Shown in pieces: positions 38,514 through 49,348 of a stretch of 64,000 nt of DNA (within the stretch, counting starts at the first letter, position 1; each line of letters opens with the position of its first letter). The notes beneath the pieces were generated by a model, which saw only the letters and a program-made list of their open reading frames with translations, made no database searches and was not told the DNA's origin. Origin of the DNA: Candidatus Woesebacteria bacterium (GTDB taxonomy: Bacteria; Patescibacteriota; Microgenomatia; UBA8517); contig OY970314.1 in the NCBI GenBank assembly GCA_963716475.1, positions 500,790 through 564,789 of the forward strand. Direction: 5' to 3'. The position numbers and the translations under genes were made by a program.

Positions 38514-40201
38514 TTAGGAGTTTCTTGAGTTGGGTAAAAACCGGATTTGATATTCCCAGGCTGAAACATTTTAAACTTACCCACACTTGGAGCACACGGC
38601 AATTGCGAATTAACACACTGATCGCCATTAACCGGCATCCAAATATAAAAAGACTGATCCGAGTAACTGACAGTAACAGATCTAACTAAAGAGCTCTCTT
38701 CTTTTTGAACAATAAACAATTCTGGTTGTTCTTTTAAGGTTATTGCTTTAAAAAGGTAGCTAGATATTAGAAATATAAAAACCAAAATGATTGTTGACTT
38801 AAAAAAATCGTATTTAAAAAAATTAACAAAGAATGAAGACAAAATTAAGGAAATCGAAACAAATATGAATATTCCCATATATCTAAGGTCGGGGGCAGTC
38901 AAAAAGGTATACAAAAGAGTTGCTGTGCTGGCCAAAACTAGAAAGTTGACCTTTCTTATATCTGTTATGGAGCTTAATTGTTTTTTTGATTTACCCGTAG
39001 AATAAAAATACATAAATATCAAAAAAAACAAAAGAAATATATAATACAGACTAGGGTTATTTTTATTGTAATTAAACCAACTTATAAACCAATCCCAAAA
39101 ATTAGCATTCACAGAACTCAAATAATATGGTCCAGGCAAACGTGCAAAACCAGTTATAACATTATTAATGTTCTTTAGTTGTTCTAACGGAACTTGCCAT
39201 TTAAAGTTTAGGCCAAAATATGGGAATGGGAAAAGGGCCCAGCCGGACAAAATTAGATTTCTAATTATAAAACTCACCAAAAATATAAATGAAAGGAATA
39301 AAATGTACACATTTTTTTTCAGTAAAACTTTATCTTTCAATTCAATAAGTATAAATAATGAAAATAAAGCTAAAACGATAAAACAAGAGAATTTTGAAGT
39401 TGCTGCCAGTATCAGTATCGGCATAGACAACACCAGGTTTTCTCTTTCAAAGAGCATGAAATAGAAATTAAACAACAATAGAAAAATTGCCATACTCAGA
39501 TCGGTTGAAAGTGAATTAATTTGGCCAATAAAATAATATTGACCAATAAAAATTGATAGAATTAAAATGGAAAAAAGTCCAAAAAAATAGGCTAAAATAT
39601 TTTTTGGTTTTCTAAACAAAAATAGAATAATCTGAGAAGCAAAAACAAAAACCAAAAAAGAGTTCATGACATGGCTTGAGGAATTTGTAAAAACGCCGTG
39701 ATTCATAATTGCTGCTAAAAGAAAAGTTACGTTGTTTATACCCAAAGGGAATTGTAGATTAGCTAAACCCTTAACAGAACCGTAATCAGTTAGCCACTTA
39801 ATTGAATTAAGATGGTAAAGATTTGTGTCATACCACGTAACTGGCAAGTTAGATAAAAAGGAAACAAAAAAGGCTAAAATTACAAAAAGCAATATTTTTT
39901 TATAATCAATATGTTGAAATATATTCCTTAATATAAGTCTCCAGTTAAATTTTATATTTCTTAAATTTAACAAAAATAGGAAAAGGTTAAATGCAATCGA
40001 GTAAGTTAGCACCTTACCATTTAATGGATGGAAAAGAGAAATGATTTCCAAAACCAATACAAAAGAAAACAATCCAAACCAAAAGTTGTAAAAAAAATCA
40101 ATTTTTTTGTTATCTTTCTTAAATATTATTCTTAAAACAAAGAAGCCGATGTTAAAACAAAACAGGAACCAAAATATCCAAGCAAGAATTATATAAATCA
40201 T
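38510..40201 (-). CDS. polytopic membrane protein (hypothetical; candidate polymerase or GT-C)
   Basis: 563 aa, at least 12 TM. C-terminal region with Cys (DQCVNSQLPCAPSVGKF). Confidence 0.4.
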   Translation of the reverse strand: MIYIILAWIFWFLFCFNIGFFVLRIIFKKDNKKIDFFYNFWFGLFSFVLVLEIISLFHPLNGKVLTYSIAFNLFLFLLNLRNIKFNWRLILRNIFQHIDYKKILLFVILAFFVSFLSNLPVTWYDTNLYHLNSIKWLTDYGSVKGLANLQFPLGINNVTFLLAAIMNHGVFTNSSSHVMNSFLVFVFASQIILFLFRKPKNILAYFFGLFSILILSIFIGQYYFIGQINSLSTDLSMAIFLLLFNFYFMLFERENLVLSMPILILAATSKFSCFIVLALFSLFILIELKDKVLLKKNVYILFLSFIFLVSFIIRNLILSGWALFPFPYFGLNFKWQVPLEQLKNINNVITGFARLPGPYYLSSVNANFWDWFISWFNYNKNNPSLYYIFLLFFLIFMYFYSTGKSKKQLSSITDIRKVNFLVLASTATLLYTFLTAPDLRYMGIFIFVSISLILSSFFVNFFKYDFFKSTIILVFIFLISSYLFKAITLKEQPELFIVQKEESSLVRSVTVSYSDQSFYIWMPVNGDQCVNSQLPCAPSVGKFKMFQPGNIKSGFYPTQETPK

Positions 40202-40359
40202 TTCTAATTTCCCTAATTACGCAAATTCATTGTATTTACGAATCTCACAAACACAACGTTACTGTACTCAGGACCAATCGGCCTCATCGCTAAATTCGGT
40301 CAAGCCAATCCTCGCAATCTAAACCATTTCAAGTATAATAGGCCGTAAACCTAAACTAA

Positions 40360-41460
40360 ATGACTAACATTTTCCAGAAATTGTACCATAAAGACTTACA
40401 AAAAACCTATCGGGGCTTCACGGCTTCGGACGGGGATGTGGTTTTGGACAATGTTATCGGAGACATCCCCGATCTTCAAACCTATTTTGAAAACCTAAGG
40501 GAGAATGTCTTACCGGATAGCAAAATCCTGATTTCCTACCACAACCCGTCCTGGGAGCCGGTTTTGACTCTTGCTTCAAAACTGGGGCTCAGAAGGAATG
40601 TTGGGATTCAAAATTGGTTAGACCTGAACGATTTGAAAAACATTCTAAATCTTTCGGGATTTGAGGTGATAAGGTCACAAAAAAGATTTTTCGGTATCAC
40701 AACCATTACTATCGTCCGCCCAATCAACTATCAACCATCAACCATTACCCATCAATATAGTGTATCTATCGTGATCCCCGCTCGTAATGAGGAAGGGAAT
40801 ATTCCAAAAATTCTACCTAGTATTCCCAAATTTGGTAAATCGCAGGAGATAATTTTTGTGGAAGGGCATTCAAAAGATAATACATGGGGTAAAATCCAAA
40901 AGACTGCTTCAAAAAAATATCCAAAAAACATTTCGGTCATCGGTCTTAAACAAACAGGCAGGGGAAAGGCGGATGCTACCTGGCTCGGACTTTCAAAAGC
41001 AACCGGAGATATCTTAATGATCTATGATGCCGACCGGACGGTTGACGCTAAAGATCTTCCCAAATTTTATAACGTTCTGGCTAAAGGAATTGGAGAGTTT
41101 GCCAACGGAAGCCGTATGGTTTATCCGATGGAACAGGATGCTATGCAGGCTCTAAACAAAATCGGAAATCAAATGTTCAGCCGGCTGTTTACTTGGATTT
41201 TGGGACAGCATTTCAAAGACACACTTTGCGGAACCAAAGCTTTCTTCCGGAAAGATTTTCAAAAGTTCAGGCGTTCAAAAACCGATCCTTTCGGGGATTT
41301 TGACCTGATTTTCGGGGCTGTCAGAAATAGTCTTAAAGTAATTGAAATACCTGTTCGGTATAAAGAGCGGGTTTACGGATCAACCAACATAAATAGATTC
41401 CGTCACGGGTTACTTCTTGCCAAAATGGCAATTCTTGCCTTTAAGGAATTTAGGACTTAA
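40360..41460 (+). CDS. GT2 glycosyltransferase (DPM1/GtrB-like) with an N-terminal truncated methyltransferase-like domain
   Basis: 366 aa. The C-terminal ~230 aa are GT2 (VSIVIPARNEEGNI...MIYDADRTVD...CGTKAFFR...RYKERVYGSTNI). The N-terminal ~130 aa (DVVLDNVIGDIPDLQTYFENL...ILISYHNPSWEPVLTLASKLG...LNDLKNIL) match the C-terminal half of the neighbouring split methyltransferase but lack SAM motif I. Confidence 0.7.
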   Translation: MTNIFQKLYHKDLQKTYRGFTASDGDVVLDNVIGDIPDLQTYFENLRENVLPDSKILISYHNPSWEPVLTLASKLGLRRNVGIQNWLDLNDLKNILNLSGFEVIRSQKRFFGITTITIVRPINYQPSTITHQYSVSIVIPARNEEGNIPKILPSIPKFGKSQEIIFVEGHSKDNTWGKIQKTASKKYPKNISVIGLKQTGRGKADATWLGLSKATGDILMIYDADRTVDAKDLPKFYNVLAKGIGEFANGSRMVYPMEQDAMQALNKIGNQMFSRLFTWILGQHFKDTLCGTKAFFRKDFQKFRRSKTDPFGDFDLIFGAVRNSLKVIEIPVRYKERVYGSTNINRFRHGLLLAKMAILAFKEFRT

Positions 41461-42131
41461 CGGCGACGAAGTACTCAATAAAAGCTAGGTTTTTGAAATA
41501 TTTCTCCAAATACTTATTCGCAAAGTCTGTAATCACTGGGATTTTAACTGGGATTAGAAGTCCGAAGTCGTGTTTGACGAGTCTTAATTTTGAATTTTTA
41601 TCACGAAGTGTCGTTTCTATCATTAACTTTAAATCATTAAACGCTACACGTTTGTGTGGCCCTTCTTTCATTTTCCAACCCAATTTTTCCCAAACAATCA
41701 TAAGCGGTTCCCAAATAGGATTTGCCATTGTGCAAATGAGGATCGTCCCATTATCCATCAACCCGGAGATCTTTCGAAAGGTCTCTTCCGGTTTTTCCAA
41801 ATGCTCGATAACATCACTCATAAAAATATAATCAAACTTTTCTTTCGGCCAAACTGTTGAAAACTGCAAGTTTTTTGAATCTTTGTATTTGAGCCTTGAT
41901 ATTATGATCATCTGACCACTAATATCCGTTCCGTACCCGTATCTTGGATCCAATGAGGCCAAAAGGTCTCCCTGTTCCACACCCTACTTCAAAAACTTTT
42001 TTGTTTTTCGGAATTAGTTCTCCAAGAAGTTTTTTTAAACTTTCGTAATAGTATGAATACTTTCTCTTGCCATAATCATAGTTTTTCGCTACACGATCGA
42101 AATGTTGCTCGACAGACAAATCTGATTTCAT
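41450..42131 (-). pseudogene. class I SAM-dependent methyltransferase interrupted by a +1 frameshift immediately after motif I
   Basis: Fragment A (41919-42131) ends ...VFEVGCGTGRPFGLIGSKIRVRNGY*. Fragment B (41450-41980, GTG start) begins (V)EQGDLLASLDPRY... and carries ...FDYIFMSDVIEHLEKPEETF...NGTILICTMANPIWEP. A one-nucleotide shift within GGGAGACC (about 41960-41967) would join them. Confidence 0.6.
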
Positions 42132-42922
42132 ATCACTCCTCCGACAAATCTGCGTCCGTAATTATGAAGCATATGTAAAAATAGAATAATTATATTTCCG
42201 GTATATTTTTTGACAACTTTTTCATCTTCCGAAAGTAATTTTTCCGTCATCGTTTTGGTAATGGTTGAAGGTTCTACCCTAAACCCCGAGAGGTATTTGT
42301 CCGTAACTACGGGCATTTTATGGCTTGTAATTTTCAGCCACAAATCATACTCCGTTACAAAATCGGACGTTCCCGTAAAAGGACCGAATTTTTCCCAAGC
42401 CTTTTTCGTTACAAAAACGGAAGGTTGCATCAGATAGTTGGTTATCAGAAGGTAGATCTTGGAATTTAAAGAAAGAAGAAAATTTTTATAACAAGTAACA
42501 ATCTTTGCGATTTCGCGACCATTTGAATTTATCACCTTTCCCCTGCCCGCAAACCAGAGGGCACTGGAATTTGAAATATACATCTTTGAAATTTCACTTA
42601 AGGCTCCGGACAGATAGACGTCGTCGGCATTGATATAAGTTAAAATATCCCCAGTTGCTTTACCTAACCCTGTATTTATTGCGTCAAGTTGTCCTTTGTC
42701 TTTTCTTGATTCGAATTTAATGACTTTCGGGTATTTTTGTGCACATTCTTGAATTATCCCAAGAGTTCCGTCAGTGGAACCGCCGTCCTGAATAATCACT
42801 TCCAAATTAGAGTATTTCTGATTTACAATCGACTCAAGTGTCTGGCCAATATATTTAACTTTATTAAATGAAGGTATTACTACCGAAATAAGAGGATTCT
42901 GCATTCTGTAATCTATAATCAC
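42128..42922 (-). CDS. glycosyltransferase family 2
   Basis: 264 aa. ISVVIPSFNKVKYIGQTLESIVNQKYSNLEVIIQDGGSTDGT...YINADDV. Confidence 0.8.
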   Translation of the reverse strand: MIIDYRMQNPLISVVIPSFNKVKYIGQTLESIVNQKYSNLEVIIQDGGSTDGTLGIIQECAQKYPKVIKFESRKDKGQLDAINTGLGKATGDILTYINADDVYLSGALSEISKMYISNSSALWFAGRGKVINSNGREIAKIVTCYKNFLLSLNSKIYLLITNYLMQPSVFVTKKAWEKFGPFTGTSDFVTEYDLWLKITSHKMPVVTDKYLSGFRVEPSTITKTMTEKLLSEDEKVVKKYTGNIIILFLHMLHNYGRRFVGGVI

Positions 42923-43257
42923 TAATCTTTCTTCTTGGTTTTTAGCGCTTCCAGTCTTACCAGCTCTTCCAGTTTTTTCTCAAGCTGCTTGGTTCTAACA
43001 TATGCAACTGCAACCATCGAAATTACCAATATGAAGCCTCCAATGACCATAAGATCAAAAACCCTTGTTACTAAAAAAGTCTTTGCAAACGATTGAAGAA
43101 GTTCCGGAAAAATTATAATGATAATGGCAATCGTCCACATAATGAGCCAGGAAACTATCTCTGTGCCTCCTAATTCCCCTCTTTTAAAGTGAAGAACGGC
43201 AAAATATATCATGCTGAAAGCGAAAAGCAGGGCAATAATTTGTAGTCCGATAATCAT
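42922..43257 (-). CDS. small 3-TM membrane protein with a C-terminal coiled-coil tail, DUF2304-like (occupies a GtrA-like position)
   Basis: 111 aa. MIIGLQIIALLFAFSMIYF...VSWLIMWTIAIIIIIF...VFDLMVIGGFILVISMVAV, then KQLEKKLEELVRLEALK. Confidence 0.5.
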   Translation of the reverse strand: MIIGLQIIALLFAFSMIYFAVLHFKRGELGGTEIVSWLIMWTIAIIIIIFPELLQSFAKTFLVTRVFDLMVIGGFILVISMVAVAYVRTKQLEKKLEELVRLEALKTKKKD

Positions 43258-43261
43258 TTTG

Positions 43262-44895
<1,634 letters not shown>

Positions 44896-44906
44896 TTAAA
44901 TGCAAT

Positions 44907-46067
44907 TTAGGCTACCCAGTAGCCTCTTACAAACAACATTATCAAAATGACCCCCAGTGCAGCCGAGATAAAAATAGCCGGCCTGGTATATTTCCTAAAT
45001 TGGATAATCAGGTATGGTAAAAGGAAAACCGTGGGCACAAGAACATACCTTGGCATTGAAGAAAATGTTCCGGTTAGGGTTGCCAAGAGGAGAGCACAAA
45101 TTGAGAAAACCCAGTAGCTTAACCTCATTTTCTTAACAAAAGCTATTAAATATGCCAAAGGAACTAAGGTAAACGTAAATTCCAAAAACGCGTTAAAAAA
45201 CGACAAGGTAAAAATGTTTGTTGTTAAAAAGATTTTTAAATATCTGTAAATAACTTGCGGAAGAAAGATTATACCGTTTCCGATTCTCCCTGCTCCAAAA
45301 ACAGGCTGACTTGTCAAAAAATACAGAGGATCGTTAAATGCCGTTTTCAGGTAGTACATATATATCAAAATTCCCAAAGGAGTTATTAAAGTCCAGATAT
45401 AATTAATCCCTTTCTTACTTTGAAATGCCTCTACCAAATACAACGGAATAAGCAAGACTCCCGTAATCCGGGTAGCAGTAGAAAGCGCGATTAAAACCGC
45501 AGCCCAAAAGAAATTGCCTTTTCTGATTAAATAAACCGAGGAAACTGTCAAAAGCAGAAACAGGCTTTCCGTGTATATCGAGCCAAAGAAGTAGGAGGTC
45601 GGGAATGCCAAAAGAAAAATTACGGACAAAAAAGCAGTATCTTTTTTAAAATCGATATTTATAAGTTTATAGAAAACATACAGAGCGGCTAGGAAAAATA
45701 AATTGGACAGTATTATTCCGGAGTAAAAATAAGCCGGGTCGGTAAAAAGGTTGGTATCAAGATTCGGAACTCTCGGAAACACAAACGAAAATAGTCTGAT
45801 CAAGATGGGGAACAGTGGAAAAAAGGCTTGGGAATATTGAGCCAGGTAGCCGTCCTGAGCGATCCTTAAGTAATGAACCCCGTCAAAGTTCCCAAAACCC
45901 CAAATCCAATTTGGTAAATGGGTAATCTCCAAAACTCTGTCCGCATACGGAAATCTGGCTCCGAAAACCGGTAAAAGATAAATTGACAGGAAAGCCGCTA
46001 TAAAAAGAAGTATTCTCCAACCCAAAAAATACTTAAATATCTTCCAAAATACTTGTTTATCTGTCAT
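44907..46067 (-). CDS. PIG-V/Gpi18-like (Mannosyl_trans2) GT-C-fold mannosyltransferase
   Basis: 386 aa, polytopic. WGFGNFDGVHYLRIAQDGYLAQYSQAFFPLFPIL matches the W.fDgv.Y..IA..GY..e....AFfPl.P signature of the PIG-V family. Confidence 0.55.
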   Translation of the reverse strand: MTDKQVFWKIFKYFLGWRILLFIAAFLSIYLLPVFGARFPYADRVLEITHLPNWIWGFGNFDGVHYLRIAQDGYLAQYSQAFFPLFPILIRLFSFVFPRVPNLDTNLFTDPAYFYSGIILSNLFFLAALYVFYKLINIDFKKDTAFLSVIFLLAFPTSYFFGSIYTESLFLLLTVSSVYLIRKGNFFWAAVLIALSTATRITGVLLIPLYLVEAFQSKKGINYIWTLITPLGILIYMYYLKTAFNDPLYFLTSQPVFGAGRIGNGIIFLPQVIYRYLKIFLTTNIFTLSFFNAFLEFTFTLVPLAYLIAFVKKMRLSYWVFSICALLLATLTGTFSSMPRYVLVPTVFLLPYLIIQFRKYTRPAIFISAALGVILIMLFVRGYWVA

Positions 46068-47545
46068 GTTTTTGATTGTATAACATCCTTTTTGGAAAAC
46101 AGATAGAGTTCGTCGGCAAACTTGATTAACTTATACTTTGAATCTTTAAGCAAAAGGTTTTTAAGTTGTATCGCCTCCTCAAACGTTATCGGGAAAAAAC
46201 CGTCTCCTTCCTGTCCCGGGGTCAGATTCAGGACTACATAATCAGGGTTAATTACCTGATAATCCAACCTAAGTAAAACCACCTGCCCGTGGGTAAACCT
46301 GGTAGCCAAGGCATTTTGAGTCATAACTAAGCCGTCACGGGGTGTTTTCTGAATGATATTATCCAGGTATTTAACCCCCGCATTTTGTGCGTAAAATGCA
46401 GGATTATAGGCAAGACCCAAAGGACCCCTCAAGACAAATCTGTGTAGGACAAATACGGTCAGCATCAGAAAAATTGCATAATAGGTAATTACCTTTTTGT
46501 GCTTGATTGCTTTTTCAATTTTAATTAAAGGGTATAGTGCACCCATAAACATAAGGGGTGACAAGGTGGCACTATAATGCATTCCCAAGTCCCATCCTCT
46601 GGGTACAGCCGAAAAAAATCTTTCGAAGAAATTTTCGAAAATTGCCGGCAGAAGTGAAATTTCGGATAGCGGTAAAAAACCAAAACTCAAAAATGAATAG
46701 AAATAGGTCTTCAATTTAATTGATGGGGAGATAAACCTCTGAATAAAATCCCCCGCCGAGGAAACAGGCGCCGTTTGATAGAAATACACACCACCGGAAA
46801 AATAGGGAATAATATATTTAACTGCGGTAACGCCCCATAAAATACTGAGAGCTATCGTTATTAATGAAAATTTCCAATTGGCTCTGCTTTTTATTAAAAG
46901 AAAAATTCCCATAGCAATTCCCAAACCTGCAAATGATTCTTTAAAACCCAAAGTTATTACCAAAAACAGGAAATATAACAACCATTTCTTTTTAGATACC
47001 GCCCAAAACATCAACATAACCGGAAGCACGGCCACGGTGGTGTCATGAAAATCGGTGATAACGGCATTTTGCAAACCTACAAAGCCCAGATAAGCAAATA
47101 CTAAACTAAATACGGCAATTTTATTTTTAAGAAATTTATCGGCTAATTTAAAGGCAATAATTGCAGAAATACTTACACATAGTGTCTGGGCTACAAGAAT
47201 AATTTCCTGCCTATCGGTCAGCCAATATAATGGACTAAATAGAAAAATGCTGGGGTTGAAATGATCGGCAAATATCATCTTCATGGTATTTCCAAAATAG
47301 AAATGATAAACCAGGGGAGCTTTAAGTTGAGAAACTTTCCAAATGGCGGTATCAAAAATACCAAAATCAAAATATCCTGTTTGATATTGCCAATGCCGAT
47401 TTAAGGATACGGATAAAGCCGCCAAAGTCCACACAAAAATGAAAACGTAAGTTATTAAGGAGATATGCTTTTCAACCTTATTTGAAAATAAAGAAATAAA
47501 TCTCAAAAACGATAATTTACAGTTTTTTAAAAAATTATTTTTCAC
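46064..47545 (-). CDS. DUF2079-like polytopic membrane protein (GT-C-like)
   Basis: 493 aa, at least 12 TM. Loop QYQTGYFDFGIFDTAIWKVSQLKAP. Confidence 0.45.
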   Translation of the reverse strand: MKNNFLKNCKLSFLRFISLFSNKVEKHISLITYVFIFVWTLAALSVSLNRHWQYQTGYFDFGIFDTAIWKVSQLKAPLVYHFYFGNTMKMIFADHFNPSIFLFSPLYWLTDRQEIILVAQTLCVSISAIIAFKLADKFLKNKIAVFSLVFAYLGFVGLQNAVITDFHDTTVAVLPVMLMFWAVSKKKWLLYFLFLVITLGFKESFAGLGIAMGIFLLIKSRANWKFSLITIALSILWGVTAVKYIIPYFSGGVYFYQTAPVSSAGDFIQRFISPSIKLKTYFYSFLSFGFLPLSEISLLPAIFENFFERFFSAVPRGWDLGMHYSATLSPLMFMGALYPLIKIEKAIKHKKVITYYAIFLMLTVFVLHRFVLRGPLGLAYNPAFYAQNAGVKYLDNIIQKTPRDGLVMTQNALATRFTHGQVVLLRLDYQVINPDYVVLNLTPGQEGDGFFPITFEEAIQLKNLLLKDSKYKLIKFADELYLFSKKDVIQSKT

Positions 47546-48569
47546 CCGAGATTATTTTATATATTTCCAATGTATCTTTAGAGGTCTTATCCCAGGAATA
47601 GTCCCTTGGAAGTTTTTTATTAATATTTGGGTTTAAAATAGCTTTTGCCATTGATTTTATGTCATTTGGGTCACAGTAAGAGAAATCATCTCCCATAACC
47701 TCCACCAGACATTGAGACCTGGCTATTGCTACCGGTGTACCACAAGCAACTGCCTCAACGGCCGGGAGGCCGAAACCTTCGTAAAAAGAGGGTTGAACAT
47801 ACACCGTCGCCAAATTATATATCGCAGCCAAATCCTCATCCGGAATAAACCCCGGCCGGATTGTGTTTGTCCAATCAACATCTTTGAGATGCTTAAGCTC
47901 GGCGTGGCGCAAATCGCTGTTTTCGATTCCTTTGGCTTGCTTACCGCAAATTACCAACGGCATTTTTGCAATTCTGCAGGCTGCGACCATTCCCGGAATA
48001 TTCTTGTTGTAATTAACATCACCGACATACAAAGCAAAACGGTCAGGAAGGGTATACTTCTCTTTAGCTGCAATTAGTAAATCACGATTAGCTATTGGTT
48101 CAAAAACGGTACGGGGAGCAAGATAAATTACATACACTTTTCTTGGGTCCACCCCCAAAAATCTGCAAATATCCTTTTTGGAAGTTTCTGAAATCGTGAT
48201 AATCGCATCTACATTTTTCCTAACCATTTCTTTATTTTTCAAAAAATTAACTTTACCTCTCACGCCGGAAGGGTAATGCTTGGGGTAAATTAAAGGAATC
48301 AAATCGTGTATCGTCAGGATAACTTTGGCTTTAGGTTTGTCGGAAGGTAAATCCGTAAAAAATGGTCTGAAATATTGAAAGTGGACAACGTCAAATCCTA
48401 AAAAACCTCTTTTTGAAAAATCAAACTCGTATATTTGTATATCCTTATGTGGAACAAGTTTAAATCCCTGCAAAAGCTCCCTGGTATTCACTCCGATCCC
48501 CCTGACAGCGTGCCCCGAAGTTAAGGGGCCTGAATCAACTGCAACCTTAAGCATGTTTAAATTATACAT
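47535..48569 (-). CDS. glycosyltransferase family 4
   Basis: 344 aa. VYVQPSFYEGFGLPAVEAVACGTPVAIARS. Confidence 0.8.
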   Translation of the reverse strand: MYNLNMLKVAVDSGPLTSGHAVRGIGVNTRELLQGFKLVPHKDIQIYEFDFSKRGFLGFDVVHFQYFRPFFTDLPSDKPKAKVILTIHDLIPLIYPKHYPSGVRGKVNFLKNKEMVRKNVDAIITISETSKKDICRFLGVDPRKVYVIYLAPRTVFEPIANRDLLIAAKEKYTLPDRFALYVGDVNYNKNIPGMVAACRIAKMPLVICGKQAKGIENSDLRHAELKHLKDVDWTNTIRPGFIPDEDLAAIYNLATVYVQPSFYEGFGLPAVEAVACGTPVAIARSQCLVEVMGDDFSYCDPNDIKSMAKAILNPNINKKLPRDYSWDKTSKDTLEIYKIISGEK

Positions 48570-48619
48570 AATTACTTACTTTACACATAATTAGCCGTTA
48601 TACTATTTAGAACCGCCTA

Positions 48620-49348
48620 ATGTTATTCGGAATGATCAATAAATCAAAACATTTTGAAAATTACTTATATTTACTTGTTCTTTCCTTAGCCAATTTTTGG
48701 ATCTGGCAAATTTATTCAAATAATTTTATTCTCGGGATTATTTTATTAGCAATTGAACTTGGGCTTTTCGTTCTAATCACAAAAAAGGATTTGAAAAGAA
48801 ATTGCATATTCACTATTTTCATATCGGTTTTGCTCCTATTGGTTCTTGGCGTCATTCTTTTAATGGGTGAGTTTGACAACACCTTATTAACCACCTCTCC
48901 AACCGAAACAAGTATTCTTAACCAACGGCATGGTTATTTAGCTGAAGGTTTAGGAAAAATCTTTACTAATAAGTACGTTCTGCATTTCTACAAGCTACAA
49001 GAATATGGCACGGCTACCGGAAAGTATTTACAAAATGTTTTTTATAGCCTAGACCCAAATCTATACTTTTTCCGAAGCCACCCAAGAGAGAAAGCCGGGA
49101 TTGACGAATACAATAAATACTCCCCCATCGTTTTACCTCTTTTTGTAATAGGCGTTTTATTTTTAACAATTAACTACCATAAATATAAATTTTTGGTTTT
49201 ATATTCCATACCGGCAATATTATTTACGGGTTTCATCAGTCCCAAGTACAAACTTGGTCCACTGCTAATGTTTCCGCTTATAAATATAATCCTTTATCTG
49301 GGACTTATTGCGGTCATATCGAAAGTCAGACCATTATTTAAAAAGTGA
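48620..49348 (+). CDS. membrane protein (hypothetical)
   Basis: 242 aa, about 6 TM. 4-bp overlap with the downstream PMT_2-like gene. Confidence 0.4.
   Translation: MLFGMINKSKHFENYLYLLVLSLANFWIWQIYSNNFILGIILLAIELGLFVLITKKDLKRNCIFTIFISVLLLLVLGVILLMGEFDNTLLTTSPTETSILNQRHGYLAEGLGKIFTNKYVLHFYKLQEYGTATGKYLQNVFYSLDPNLYFFRSHPREKAGIDEYNKYSPIVLPLFVIGVLFLTINYHKYKFLVLYSIPAILFTGFISPKYKLGPLLMFPLINIILYLGLIAVISKVRPLFKK

Noticed and set aside
40202-40359. The 158-bp intergenic region with locally higher GC, considered as a tRNA or small ncRNA, or as the missing N-terminal half of the methyltransferase domain
   Set aside because: No tRNA T-loop or anticodon-stem pattern is visible. All plus frames are closed by multiple stops, so no motif-I-encoding segment exists. 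Only a plausible -10 (TATAAT at about 40335) is seen. It is treated as a divergent promoter region.
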